From Octopus vulgaris (taxonomy: Eukaryota): a stretch of DNA of 64,000 bases. Under the pieces are notes generated by a model. It made no database searches. It worked only from the letters and a program-made list of their open reading frames with translations, and was not told the origin of the DNA. This document shows positions 52,993 to 64,000 of this stretch, one piece after another. Location: positions 27,652,001 through 27,716,000 of the forward strand of contig OX597827.1 of the NCBI GenBank assembly GCA_951406725.2. Reading direction: 5' to 3'. The number at the start of each line of letters is the position of its first letter. Position 1 is the first letter of the stretch. Position numbers and translations under genes: made by a program.

Positions 52993-53180
52993 CACTTCTC
53001 GGCCTTTTGGATAAGATCAAAGAGTAGTTTCTGTTCTTATCACCTTAATATCTGATACGGTCCCTCTTTGGCACCATCGATATTAAAATGATTTTTAGAA
53101 CGGGGCGAAGAGTTAGAGGCTTGCTCCACCTTTGCCACGGATTGGCCTGGTGTTACAGTGCTTCCAGGGATCAGCCAATC
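52991..53180 (+). pseudogene. U2: U2 snRNA full-length copy, probably a pseudogene
   Basis: atcacttctcggccttttggataagatcaaagagtagtttctgttcttatca..taatatctgatacg matches the U2 5' end; Sm-like atttttag; ggcttgctcc stem III; cctggtgttacagtgcttccagg stem-loop IV. Confidence 0.93.
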
Positions 53181-53189
53181 TTTAAGTAA

Positions 53190-53355
53190 TAGGTGCAGTG
53201 TGGCTGTGTGATAAGTAGCTTGCTTACGAACCAAATTGTTCTAGGTTCAGTCCCACTGCGTAGCACCTTGGGCAAGTATCTTCTACTATAACCTCGGCCC
53301 GACCAAAGCCTTGTGAATGGATTTGGTAGACGGAAACTGAAAGAAGCCCGTCGTA
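53190..53355 (+). mobile_element. SINE family A, 5' half
   Basis: Begins ~10 bp after the U2 copy. Confidence 0.88.
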
Positions 53356-53416
53356 TATATATTAATATAGGTGTAAAAAGATTGAATTTAGATTCGTCCT
53401 TTAATTTGGACGTTTC

Positions 53417-53452
<36 letters not shown>

Positions 53453-53749
53453 AAAATAGTATTGCTTTCCAGCAAAGAATAGCCCGTGAGGGTAAAATTA
53501 TACATAAAAGTAAATAAATGGTACAACGAAGTACCGATATTTACTGGAAATAGCGAACGTAATAAATACGACGCTAATGTACTAGTAATGATGTATGTAC
53601 TAGTAATGATGCGTGTGTGCAACAAACATGAAAAAAATTGTCTTACCTCTAGGTAAAAGGAAGTATTTGGCCGGCTGTGAGAGAGATGAGGCGGAGTGAG
53701 AGAGAGAGAGAGATAGAGGAAGACAAACGGCTGTGAGAGAGATGAGGAG

Positions 53750-53781
<32 letters not shown>

Positions 53782-53784
<3 letters not shown>

Positions 53785-53925
53785 TTAGTGATAAAACCAC
53801 TATTAGGCAAATCAAACAGTGAAAAACATAAACCAAAACATAGAAATAAAATTAATTAATATAAAATATAATATTCAAAATTTAAATTATTTAAATTAAA
53901 AGTTTAAAATAATTTTATTTTTAAT
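53782..53925. repeat. AT-rich dispersed repeat; inverted partner at 57255-57366
   Basis: aaattagtgataaaaccactattaggcaaatcaaa vs tttgatttgcctaatagaggttttatctctaattt. Confidence 0.85.
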
Positions 53926-53944
53926 TATTAATTTATGCTTATAA

Positions 53945-53987
<43 letters not shown>

Positions 53988-54479
53988 TAAATGAAATAAA
54001 ACACATGCATATATATAAACATATATGTACATACCTACCTCTACATGTACATATACACGCATATATGAGTACAGGACACCATAGGGACGTCGAACACAAA
54101 GAGAAACGAAAACATAGAGACAAACCAAAGGAACTGGACATTTTTTTAAAAACAACAAAAAATGGAGTACAGGACAATTAACACAAGGAAAAACCCCTTC
54201 TTCAGTCGCTATGGTTTCATCTACTCTACGTTTCGAAGGATAAAAGCGAGACGTATCTTCGACAAGAAACTTTCCTTCCTGCGGAAAGCAAATCAATTAA
54301 AATTCTGAGATCTTTTCGCAGAGGGGTAAAAAATGGTAAAAAAACAGGACAGTAACGACAGTACGAAAATATAAACAGTAAAGGACAGGACAGGGAAAAA
54401 CAAAATAAGAAGGGCTGTTGACGCCGAACGAAAAAAGTATTATATATATATAAATAAATAAATATATATATATATATAT

Positions 54480-57060
54480 ACTATATATATTTATTTTATA
54501 CTAGAGTTAAGTTTATATTTTGTTATATTTCTGTTATAAATTAGTCAAATTAATCTATTTGGATGTAATTTCTTTATATTTGAAATAAATTTATGTAGAT
54601 GTTTATTTAATCAATCTTTATTTAATATAGACGTATAGATTAGTAAGAGAGAATAAATGGATAAAACTAAATGTTTACCTGTATGTTTGTATGGAAGTAT
54701 GAATATAGGCATTTATATACGTATGTATTCATATGATATATGTGTATGTGTGTGTGTATGTATTCATATATATGTATATGTATGTGTACGTGTATATATA
54801 TGTATATATATATATGTATATATGCGTGTGTGTGTATGTGTATATATGTATGTATATGTATGTATATGTATGTATTGTGCATTGTATGTATATATATATA
54901 TATATATATATGTCTGTGTGTGTATACACATACACAGTAATACCTCACCTTATGAGAAGTGCTTTACGAGTTCTGTTCACGAGTTTTAGCTTAAAAATAA
55001 AAGCGTACTTTGTGTAAGAATTTACTTGTACGTTGAGGCATAACTATAATTTTTTATATATTTATTAATCTTATAAGATCTTCAGAATATACATAGTAAT
55101 TTGTAGTTATTAATTATTTAATTTATTTAGTATTAAGTATTATTTATTATAGTTATTTTAATAATAAATCTTATAGTATGGAGTGGTTCTATTCTTTAAT
55201 TGTGTCTTCATTCTATTTACATTTATTGATAAACCATAACGTTTTCCATTGACAATTTTAATTTAGAATTTTCATTGATAAAGCTTATTTGTAGTTCTTC
55301 ACTGTTAAAAAATTCTTCAACAATTTATTCTTTTTTTGTTAATAACGTAATTCCACGAGTATTCTTATAAACGCTGAAAAGACGTTTTCCGATTTAAAAT
55401 TTTAGTTCATCACAAAACCTTGCAAAGCTAAGTATATATTTATATTAAATTTAAATATTTTAATAAATCTTATTGTATAATTTTGTATTTTATATAAATA
55501 CTGATTCTTATATAATGATTTAGTTATCGTAGTTTTTTTTACATAATTAATAGATTTTAACATTACGTTTATTCGTAAGACTTTACTTAGCCAAAGAGAT
55601 ATATAGATTGATATTAGAAATACGAGTTTTTTTAAAGTTAGGTTTCATGTATATACATGTATTGATAGCATAAATTTTAGTCATTAATAACTATATTTGT
55701 TGATAGTTATTTAAATATTTTATAATTGTTATTATAACTTCTATATTGTTTTTTTCAATTGATAATCGGTAGTAGTATTTTTTCCAGTGATAAATATATT
55801 CGTAGTATTTATTGGATACTATATAACTACGCATTGATTATTTCATTAAGTATTTCATTATTTCATTTTAGTTATTAACTATACGGTTATTGTAAGTTAT
55901 TAATTATCCAGCGAGATATATGGATCGTTAATTAGTTATATCGTTCTATTAAGGTAGATTGTTAGTTTGTTTACAATTTGCTTTTGCATCTTTAATCTTT
56001 TAATATATTTAAAAGTAATAATGAATAATTAATTTATTAGGTATTTATTATACGTACATATATATTTATTGATAGAGATAATTTTAGATCTTAATTCTTA
56101 TATTTACATACATTTTATTCTTTTACTTGTTTCAGTCATTTTGACTGCGGCCATGCTGGAGCACCGCCTTTTAGTCGAGCAACTCGACCCCGGGACTCAT
56201 TCTTTTTGTAAGCCCAGTACTTATTCTATCGGTCTCTTTTTGCCGAACCGCTAAGTGACGGGGACGTAAACACACCAGCATCGGTTGTCAAGCGATGTTG
56301 AGGGAACAAACACAGACACACAAACACACACACATACATATATATATATACATATATACGACAGGCTTCTTTCAGTTTCCGTCTACCAAATCCACTCACA
56401 AGGCACTTGCCCAAGATGCCACGCAGTGGGACTGAACCCGGAACCATGTGGTTGGTTAGCAAGCTACTTACCACACAGCCACTCCTGCGCCTATGTTTAT
56501 ATATATTCATTGATAATTTAGTTATTATTCAAATATTATATAATTATTTCACTTGATATTAAATTTAATAATATGAATAGTGATTTTTTTTTAATATTTA
56601 GGTAATTAGATATTGACTATAACTGAGATTAGATTAGTTGTGGGTTTATTATGTTTTTTAAAGCCATATTATATCTGAATAGATAAAAACATTTTCTATC
56701 TATTCTTACCTTAAAAATTAATACATTAAAATTAATATTTCACATTATAATTGATTGTATGACATAATCATAATCGTTAAAGTTTCTAGTTTGATAATAG
56801 AGTTTTTTTTATAAGAAAAATTATTATTTTATTTATTCCTTCAAAAAATATTGTTTAAATATATTTGATTATTTATTTAAATATTATCATTAACCTGAAG
56901 ATTGACTATAACCATAATTCGAATTATTAATTGAATTTAAATTATTGTTATTCGAATTAGGTTATGGGCATGAAACGATCGTAGTAGTTTTACATTTTAT
57001 CTTATATTAACATTTTTAATACTTTTTGAGTTACATATATTTAATATAATTTTTTAAAAT
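54480..57060. other. Complex very AT-rich tract of unknown origin
   Basis: About 80% AT by hand count of several lines; mostly non-microsatellite; TpA-rich with many retained CpG. Confidence 0.6.
56114..56493 (-). mobile_element. SINE family A, young-looking copy
   Basis: Close to the other copies, with a short internal deletion; interrupts the AT-rich tract. Confidence 0.92.
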
Positions 57061-57459
57061 TAAATAAATATAATTATATATAAAATAATTATATATAATA
57101 TATATAATTATATATATAATTATATATAAATATATAATTATATATAAAAATATATAAAAAAAATAAAAAATAAAAGGTAAAAATAAAAAAATAAAAAATA
57201 AATAAATATATATATATACATATATATATATAAGTATAAATTAATAATTTTAAAAAGTTTTTTTAATTTTTAACTTTTAATTTAAATAATTTAAATTTTA
57301 TATTTCTATGTTTTAGTTTGTTTTTCACTATTTGATTTGCCTAATAGAGGTTTTATCTCTAATTTAGTATATATATATTTATACTGTAAAATTAGATTTA
57401 ATCCTAAATCTAATTTTTCCCTGTAAGTTTGGATTTACTCCCTAATATTATATATATAT

Positions 57460-57526
<67 letters not shown>

Positions 57527-57602
57527 TAAAGAGGACAACAAACGCTAAGGCAAGATAAACATCTCAAGTCATATACGTTATTATTATTAGAGAAAAATTA
57601 AA

Positions 57603-57658
57603 GTCTTCCTACTGTTTCTGTGATATCCCAAAATATGAGATATTCCGTCATCGGAGAC
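57603..57658 (-). ncRNA. Decayed hammerhead motif with CCGAUGA core
   Basis: Minus: gucu CCGAUGA cggaauaucuca..ugggauauc aca GAAAC aguagga agac; helix I gucu/agac, long helix II, cleavage triplet lost. Confidence 0.45.
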
Positions 57659-58639
57659 AAATAGTAAAATGTGAAGGTTATAGATTAAGTTAACGATTAA
57701 ATAGAGGACTGGAGGAAAAAGAAATAAAGAAATAAAGAAAACAGAAGTATAAAAGTTCACAGTTCAACTTTCCAGTAGTGTAGATGCTAGGCCAGAAGTC
57801 TTTAAGTAGACTCCTATGTAAATCCAGGTACGATTAGAGCGTTCGTAATGTAAATATCTATAGATAAACGCTATCATATCGATGGTTCGGAAGAGAATGA
57901 TAGCAGAAGTGGCTATTGAGGAATATAGAGAAAGAAATAAAGTAAAATTGAATAGAAAGAGAGAAAGGTATTGATAGGGAAGCCTGAGGTACAAGAAGAT
58001 AAATAAGTAGATATATAAGAGTAAATAAGGAGAGTGGAGGAAGAAGGTAAAAGAAAATAACGTAAACAATTTTAAAGTAAAATAAGTGAAAGGTATTCAA
58101 AGAGAACAAGTAGGTGCCATTTCTGGTCTTCTAGTTATTAGAGGTTGGGGCAAGAAGTCTGGTAGTAAGCAATTCTGACCGTTTTATGGCTAAGGTCAGT
58201 GGTTATAGAAATATTTCTAGCTATGGGTGTATAAATGTGTAGGTGTGAATGGAGAAACCAGTTGAATGTTAAATTATTTAAGAATAATGATTACAACTAA
58301 GGATGAGGGGATCCATTAGGTTATGGTTTAAAAAAACAATTAAAGAATTAAAAGTTATCTACTAAGGTAGTAAGGCTGATTGAAAAGATACACAAGGATA
58401 TGTAATAACCACCATGGAGGTATACGGGGCAGTCTGTCGGTTATGATGACTTGAGTCCCAGTTGATCCAATCAACGGAACAACCTGTATCAATACATATA
58501 TTCAACTACAAATCAGAACTCAAGGCGTAATTTGAACACGGAACTCAAAGCGTAAAGATGGACGAAATACCTGGGAACATTTTACCCGACGAACTAACGA
58601 TTCTGTCTGCTGCCATTCGCTTCTCGTTTTGTATTTATT

Positions 58640-58960
58640 TGTATTTTTTGTACATGTATTTTTATTCTTGCAGTTTTATTGTTACGTCCTGTTCGTGTTC
58701 GTACTCATTTTGCCCCGCTGCTTGGAATTTTATTTTAATTCTCTCGCAGGAAGGCCCGGTGGATTTGTGTTCTGTCTTTGCCTTCGAAACATGCCTGAGT
58801 CTACTAGCGACAGCTGATGACGGGGGTTTTTCCTTGTGTAGCATGTCCTGTAACTGTTTTTTTCGTTTTCTTGTTTTTTTGTTTTTTTTGTTTTTTCCAG
58901 TTTCTACGTCTTATTGTGGTGTCCTGTACTCACGTATAATTATTTATATATGCATGTTCT
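58640..58960 (+). repeat. Dispersed repeat with split hammerhead-like motifs (relatives at 54020-54310 minus, 60440-60690 plus, 5890-6030 minus)
   Basis: Shared ggaagg..ccttcGAAAC..CTGANGA..tccttgtgt..GTC(c/t)tgt architecture followed by T-rich sequence and gtcctgtac. Confidence 0.75.
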
Positions 58961-59256
58961 TAAAATACGGTACTTCATAATAATTTTTTCAAACTAATAT
59001 TCACTGTACTTTATGCCTTGTATAACACCTCCTTTGTTTAAAATATTTTTCTAAATTCCCATGCATCTTCCAAAACAAAAGTTATTCCTTAATAAGGATC
59101 TATTGAAAATCAGATATCTTTTATATTTTACTTGTTTCTGTCATTGAACTATGACCATTCTGGAGCACTGCCTTAAAGGGTTTTAATCGAACCAAATTGA
59201 CCCAAGAACTTATTTTTTTAAAGTTTCGTACTTATTCTGATGCTCTCTTTTGGCAG

Positions 59257-59503
59257 TGGAGGTACGTGGCTTAGTGGTTAGGGTGTCAGCATCATGATCG
59301 TAAGATTGTGGTTTCGATTCCTGGACTGGGCGACGCGTTGTGTTCTTGAGCAAAACACTTCATTTCACGTTGCTCCAGTCCACTCAGCTGGCAAAAACGA
59401 GTAATGCTACGATGGACTGGCGTCCCGTCCAGCTGGGGAACACATACGCCATAGAAACCGGGAAACTGGGCCCATGAGCCTGGCTAGGCTTTAAAAGGGC
59501 GCA
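59257..59503 (+). mobile_element. SINE family C head/CORE with a third tail type
   Basis: Same head and gttgctccagtccactcagctggcaaaa as 5002, then gatggactggcgtcccgtccag..gaaaccggg. Confidence 0.85.
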
Positions 59504-59855
59504 TATCTATATATATTTTCTGGCAGAACCATCTTTGATGGATTACAGGTTGTTTCCCGCACAAAAAGATCAGCCACTGTAGCTGTCTCAGAGTAGTATA
59601 ACCATATTGCTGCATTTAAATCAGAAGTTGTTAGATAATACTTTGGAACAGCAATTTCCAACCATTTCATTCCTATTTTACTTGGGTGGATCTTCATAGT
59701 CATTAAGTGTTTAAAAAATCCTATTTTATTTTTTATCATTAGGAAAAAATGCTTAATCCTTTGGCATTCAGATTACTCGTTAAACGTAATGTTTATTCAT
59801 TCATATTGTTTTGAATTAACCATGAATTATCTTGTAGCTTTGAGATTTTGATGAT

Positions 59856-60128
59856 TGGCTGGCTTCGTGCCGCTGGCACGTTAAAAGCTCCAACCGATCG
59901 TGGCCGATGCCGGACCCCGCCCCTGGCACCTGTGCAGGTGGCACGTAAAAGCACCCACTACACTCGCAGAGTGGTTGGCGTTAGGAAGGGCATCCAGCCG
60001 TAGAAACTCTGCCAGATCAGACTGGAGCCTGGAGCAGCCCCTGGCTTCCCAGACCCCGGTCGAACTGTCCAACCCATGCTAGCGCGGAAAACGGACGTTA
60101 AACGATGATGATGATGATGATGATGATG
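59856..60128 (+). mobile_element. SINE/RTE-type 3' fragment with (GAT)n tail
   Basis: ggttggcgttaggaagggcatccagccgtagaaac..ggacgttaaacgatgatgat. Confidence 0.8.
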
Positions 60129-60200
60129 TATATATACATGTAGATGTAGGTACGTACATATATGTTTGTATGTATGCATATATTTTTATTTATCACACAC

Positions 60201-60232
<32 letters not shown>

Positions 60233-60683
60233 TCTACCTGCCATCTTCACAACTGCTATCTTCACAAAGACCACACCAGCTTAACCAGTCTCTTTCATAA
60301 GCTGTCTCCTTAAGCGTTCAGAATAATTTTTCCATCGTCTTGGCTTAACAGCCCTCATCGTTTGTTTTTATTGTTTTTAATTTTTTATTGTTTTTACTAT
60401 TTTGTTCTCACTGTACTATTCTTTTTACCACTCCGCAAAGACTCCCATATTTTATTTAATTTGCTTTGCGGGAAGGAATGTTTCAACGAAGTGGCGTCTT
60501 GTCCTTACCTTCGGAACGCGGAGTATATGAAACAGGGACAACTGAAGAAGGAGAATAATCCTTGTGTTGTATGTCTTGTTTCTCTGTTTTGTTCGTTGTT
60601 TGAAAAAAAGTTCGTTTCTATGTTTTTGTTTTTATGTTTTCGTTCCTCATTGTATCCAACGTTGTTTTGATGTCCTGTACCCA

Positions 60684-60753
<70 letters not shown>

Positions 60754-60850
60754 GGTATGTACATATATGTATGTATATATGCATATATTTATATATATAT
60801 ATATTATTTATTATATATATGTATATATATGAATATATATATGTATATAC

Positions 60851-60885
<35 letters not shown>

Positions 60886-60888
60886 TAT

Positions 60889-61385
60889 ATCAGCATGTGG
60901 CTGGTATATAAACCTATCGGTTAAAAATCCTTTGGCGAAAAATCTCTTTTTTGAAGATGAAACTGTGAAGCGCTAGAAACTACAGTTTCAATCTGCAATA
61001 TATATATATATATATACACACACACATGAAGATACAGAAAAATCTAAAACTTTGAACCCAGTCGTGTACGAAGATGTATGCTTGCTACACAAATAAGTCA
61101 CAAGTTCACGAGTATATGAGTGCGCGTTCTCCCAAACAGATATAACAATACTACGGCACCCCGTCGGTTACGACGACGGGGATTCCAGTTGATCCGATCG
61201 ACGGAACAGCTCACTCATGAAATTAACGTGCAAGTGGCTAAGCACTCCACACACAAGTGTACCCTTAACGTTGTTCTCGGGAGAGATTCAGCGTGACACA
61301 GAGTGTGAGAAAGCTGGCCTTTTGAAATACATGTAGAACAGAAACAGGGAGAAAGAGTGAGAGAAAGTGGTGATGAAAGAATACA
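60889..61385. repeat. Right arm of the long inverted duplication
   Basis: Reverse complement of 48382-48914. Confidence 0.93.
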
Positions 61386-61631
61386 CACATACGTTCATAA
61401 ATATCTACATATATAAATACACGCGCACACACACGCATACACACACATATATAAACCTATAATCAGACGTCCATACAGAAAGGAAGGCATATACACATAA
61501 TATACATGAAGTTATTAATAGACACACAGTGGATTACAATAAGGGAGACAACTCAAATGGCTAATGGCAAAAATCTGTATAAATACATATACATATGTGT
61601 GTATGAGAGTGCACGCAAGTCAGATATATAT

Positions 61632-61662
<31 letters not shown>

Positions 61663-62102
61663 CATGTACATTCCCACATACACGCATACGCATACGCACG
61701 CACACACACATATATATATACAAGAGTATGCATATATGTATGTGGGTGTACGTGTGTGTGTGCATGTGTGCGCGTGTGTGTGTATGTGTGTGTGTGTGTA
61801 CGTACATATTAAGAAACGAAGATGCATAGTTGACACACATGTAACTAAGCGGAAAGTTAAATAAATAATAATGCATTTACTCAGCCGTTTAATGTATACA
61901 CATACACATATATACATATATACATGCATGCATGTATATATGTGTGTGTGTGAGTGTATGTGTGTGTTTGCGTGAGTGTGTGTGTGTGTATGTATGTATG
62001 TATGTATACGCATGTGTGTATATATCTACATGCAGACACATACACATATGCACACAATCTGTCTGGTCCTGCTCTTTCATGTGTTTGTATGTGTGTATAT
62101 GC

Positions 62103-62161
<59 letters not shown>

Positions 62162-62705
62162 TGTATATATGTATATATATGTATATAGATATATATACAT
62201 ATACATGATTACATACATATGTACATGCGTATATATATATGTATGTGTATATATATATACATATATACATATATATATACATACATATATATACATCCAT
62301 ATATACGTATGCGCACATACACACGTATACTACATACATAATGCGACAGAAAATCGGGAGAGAGAAAAATGAAAGATAAAAATATAATAGAGAGAGAGAG
62401 ACAAAGAGAGACAGAGAGGTGGCGAGAGACTGAGGGAGACAGGGAGAGACAGAGAAAGGGTGAAGAGAGAGTGAAAGAGAGACGCATGAGATAAATAAGA
62501 TAGACAGTGAGAAGGCAAGATCACTTATCACCTATACTCAAGGGAAATCAAGAAACATGTTACCAACGAAGAAATATTAACTGAGTTTTTCAATACCAAC
62601 TTATGATTCACTAGAAATCCGCAAAACAACATCAAGAATTCACTTTTAAAATTTCTTCTTCATCTTCCATCAGACCTTCGCTAGCAGCTTCTTTCACAAA
62701 GCAAA

Positions 62706-62901
62706 TCGTCGTCGTCTTCTTCTTCTTCTTCTTCTTCTTCTTCTTCTTCTTCTTCTTCTTCTTCTTCTTCTTCTTCTTCTTCTTTTTCTTTTTCTTTTTC
62801 TTTTTCTTTTTCTTTTTCTTTTTCTTTTTCTTCTTCTTCTTCTTCTTCTTCTTCTTCTTCTTCTTCTTCTTCTTCTTCTTCTTCTTCTTCTTCTTCTTCT
62901 T
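62706..62901. repeat. (TTC)n / (TTTTTC)n compound microsatellite
   Basis: About 195 bp almost pure polypyrimidine array. Confidence 0.97.
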
Positions 62902-63215
62902 GTCCTCCTCGCTCACCTTCACATTAGTTCACTCTCTTCCTTCCATCCATCCATCCTTCCTTCCTTCCTTCCTTCCTTCCTTCCTTCCCCCTACCACACC
63001 TTCCCCCTACCACACCATTCTGTCAGCCCCCTATCTTCTTATCTATCTTGCACACCAAATATATATATATATATATACAGAGATTCATTCTTTGAGTGAG
63101 AATATGTGTGTGTGTGTGTGTGTGTGTGCGTGCGCGCGTGTGTGTATGTGCGAGAGTGTGTGTGTATATCTGACGTTCACTCTAAGTTATCTAAATTCCA
63201 ATCAAACATACAAAC

Positions 63216-63246
<31 letters not shown>

Positions 63247-63440
63247 TGTGTGTGTGTACATATATGTATATGTATGTGTATACATACATGCATACAAACA
63301 CACACACATATTTATATGTACACACATATATATATATATGTATATATACATACATATATGTATATATATATATATATATATATACATATATATAAATGTA
63401 TATATACATACATGTGTGTATATATATACATATATATATG

Positions 63441-63477
<37 letters not shown>

Positions 63478-63577
63478 ATAAAACACGTTCACTCGCTTCA
63501 ATTATACTTAGGAAATAAACAACTGCGCATACAAATTTGCATTAATTTCAATTAAAACCAGTAAATGTATTATACAT

Positions 63578-63795
<218 letters not shown>

Positions 63796-64000
63796 ATGTA
63801 TGTATATATATATAGAAAATAGTAAAAAGTGAAAAAACTACAGAAGGCTTGTTTTAAAAGGTTAAAAAATATATTTGAGTCATTATGTCCGAAGAATGTT
63901 ATAAAAATTTTTTATACATTGACATTTTTGAAGAAATTATCGGTTTCGTGTTAACTTTTCAAATTCTCAAAACATCGTGTTATATCTTCGTCATCAAGTA

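Noticed and set aside
52991-53180. Utopia-type U2-targeting retrotransposon insertion
   Set aside because: The U2 copy is uninterrupted and no RT sequence adjoins it.
54480-57060. Mitochondrial insertion (NUMT)
   Set aside because: No recognisable mitochondrial gene, rRNA or tRNA motif by eye, and TAA/TAG stops persist under the invertebrate mitochondrial code; a database search would be needed to exclude it fully.

Overview
Repeat-saturated animal genomic DNA with no supportable host protein-coding gene. The SINE families, the extreme (TA)n/(CA)n/(ATT)n/(GATA)n density and the retroelement set point to an octopus (coleoid cephalopod) intergenic or intronic region; this is an inference. Almost all listed ORFs are microsatellite translations. 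Real coding remnants are all transposon-derived: a decayed Penelope-like element (RT plus C-terminal GIY-YIG, Naiad-like) at about 1.4-4.4 kb, a 3'-truncated CR1-group LINE (CCCH-finger ORF1 plus APE) at 10.8-13.1 kb, a CR1 3' fragment at 32.4-32.9 kb, and six R4/Dong-clade (RT-CCHC-RLE) pieces sitting in (TAA)n tracts. Also present: three tRNA-derived SINE families, two mariner deletion derivatives, a probable mini-Helitron, a full-length U2 snRNA copy and several fold-backs. The most interesting signals are (i) many minimal hammerhead-ribozyme motifs in short TA-embedded repeats, several with recurrent non-canonical cores (CCGANGA, CUGUYGA), and one family whose hammerhead strands lie in a non-circularly permuted order; (ii) a 2.6-kb complex AT-rich tract with a RIP-like dinucleotide look; (iii) a roughly 500-bp inverted duplication bracketing 12 kb; (iv) a (TAA)n-targeted retroelement pile-up that includes a unit-length non-coding passenger. 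Coordinates were read by eye and may be off by a few bases.
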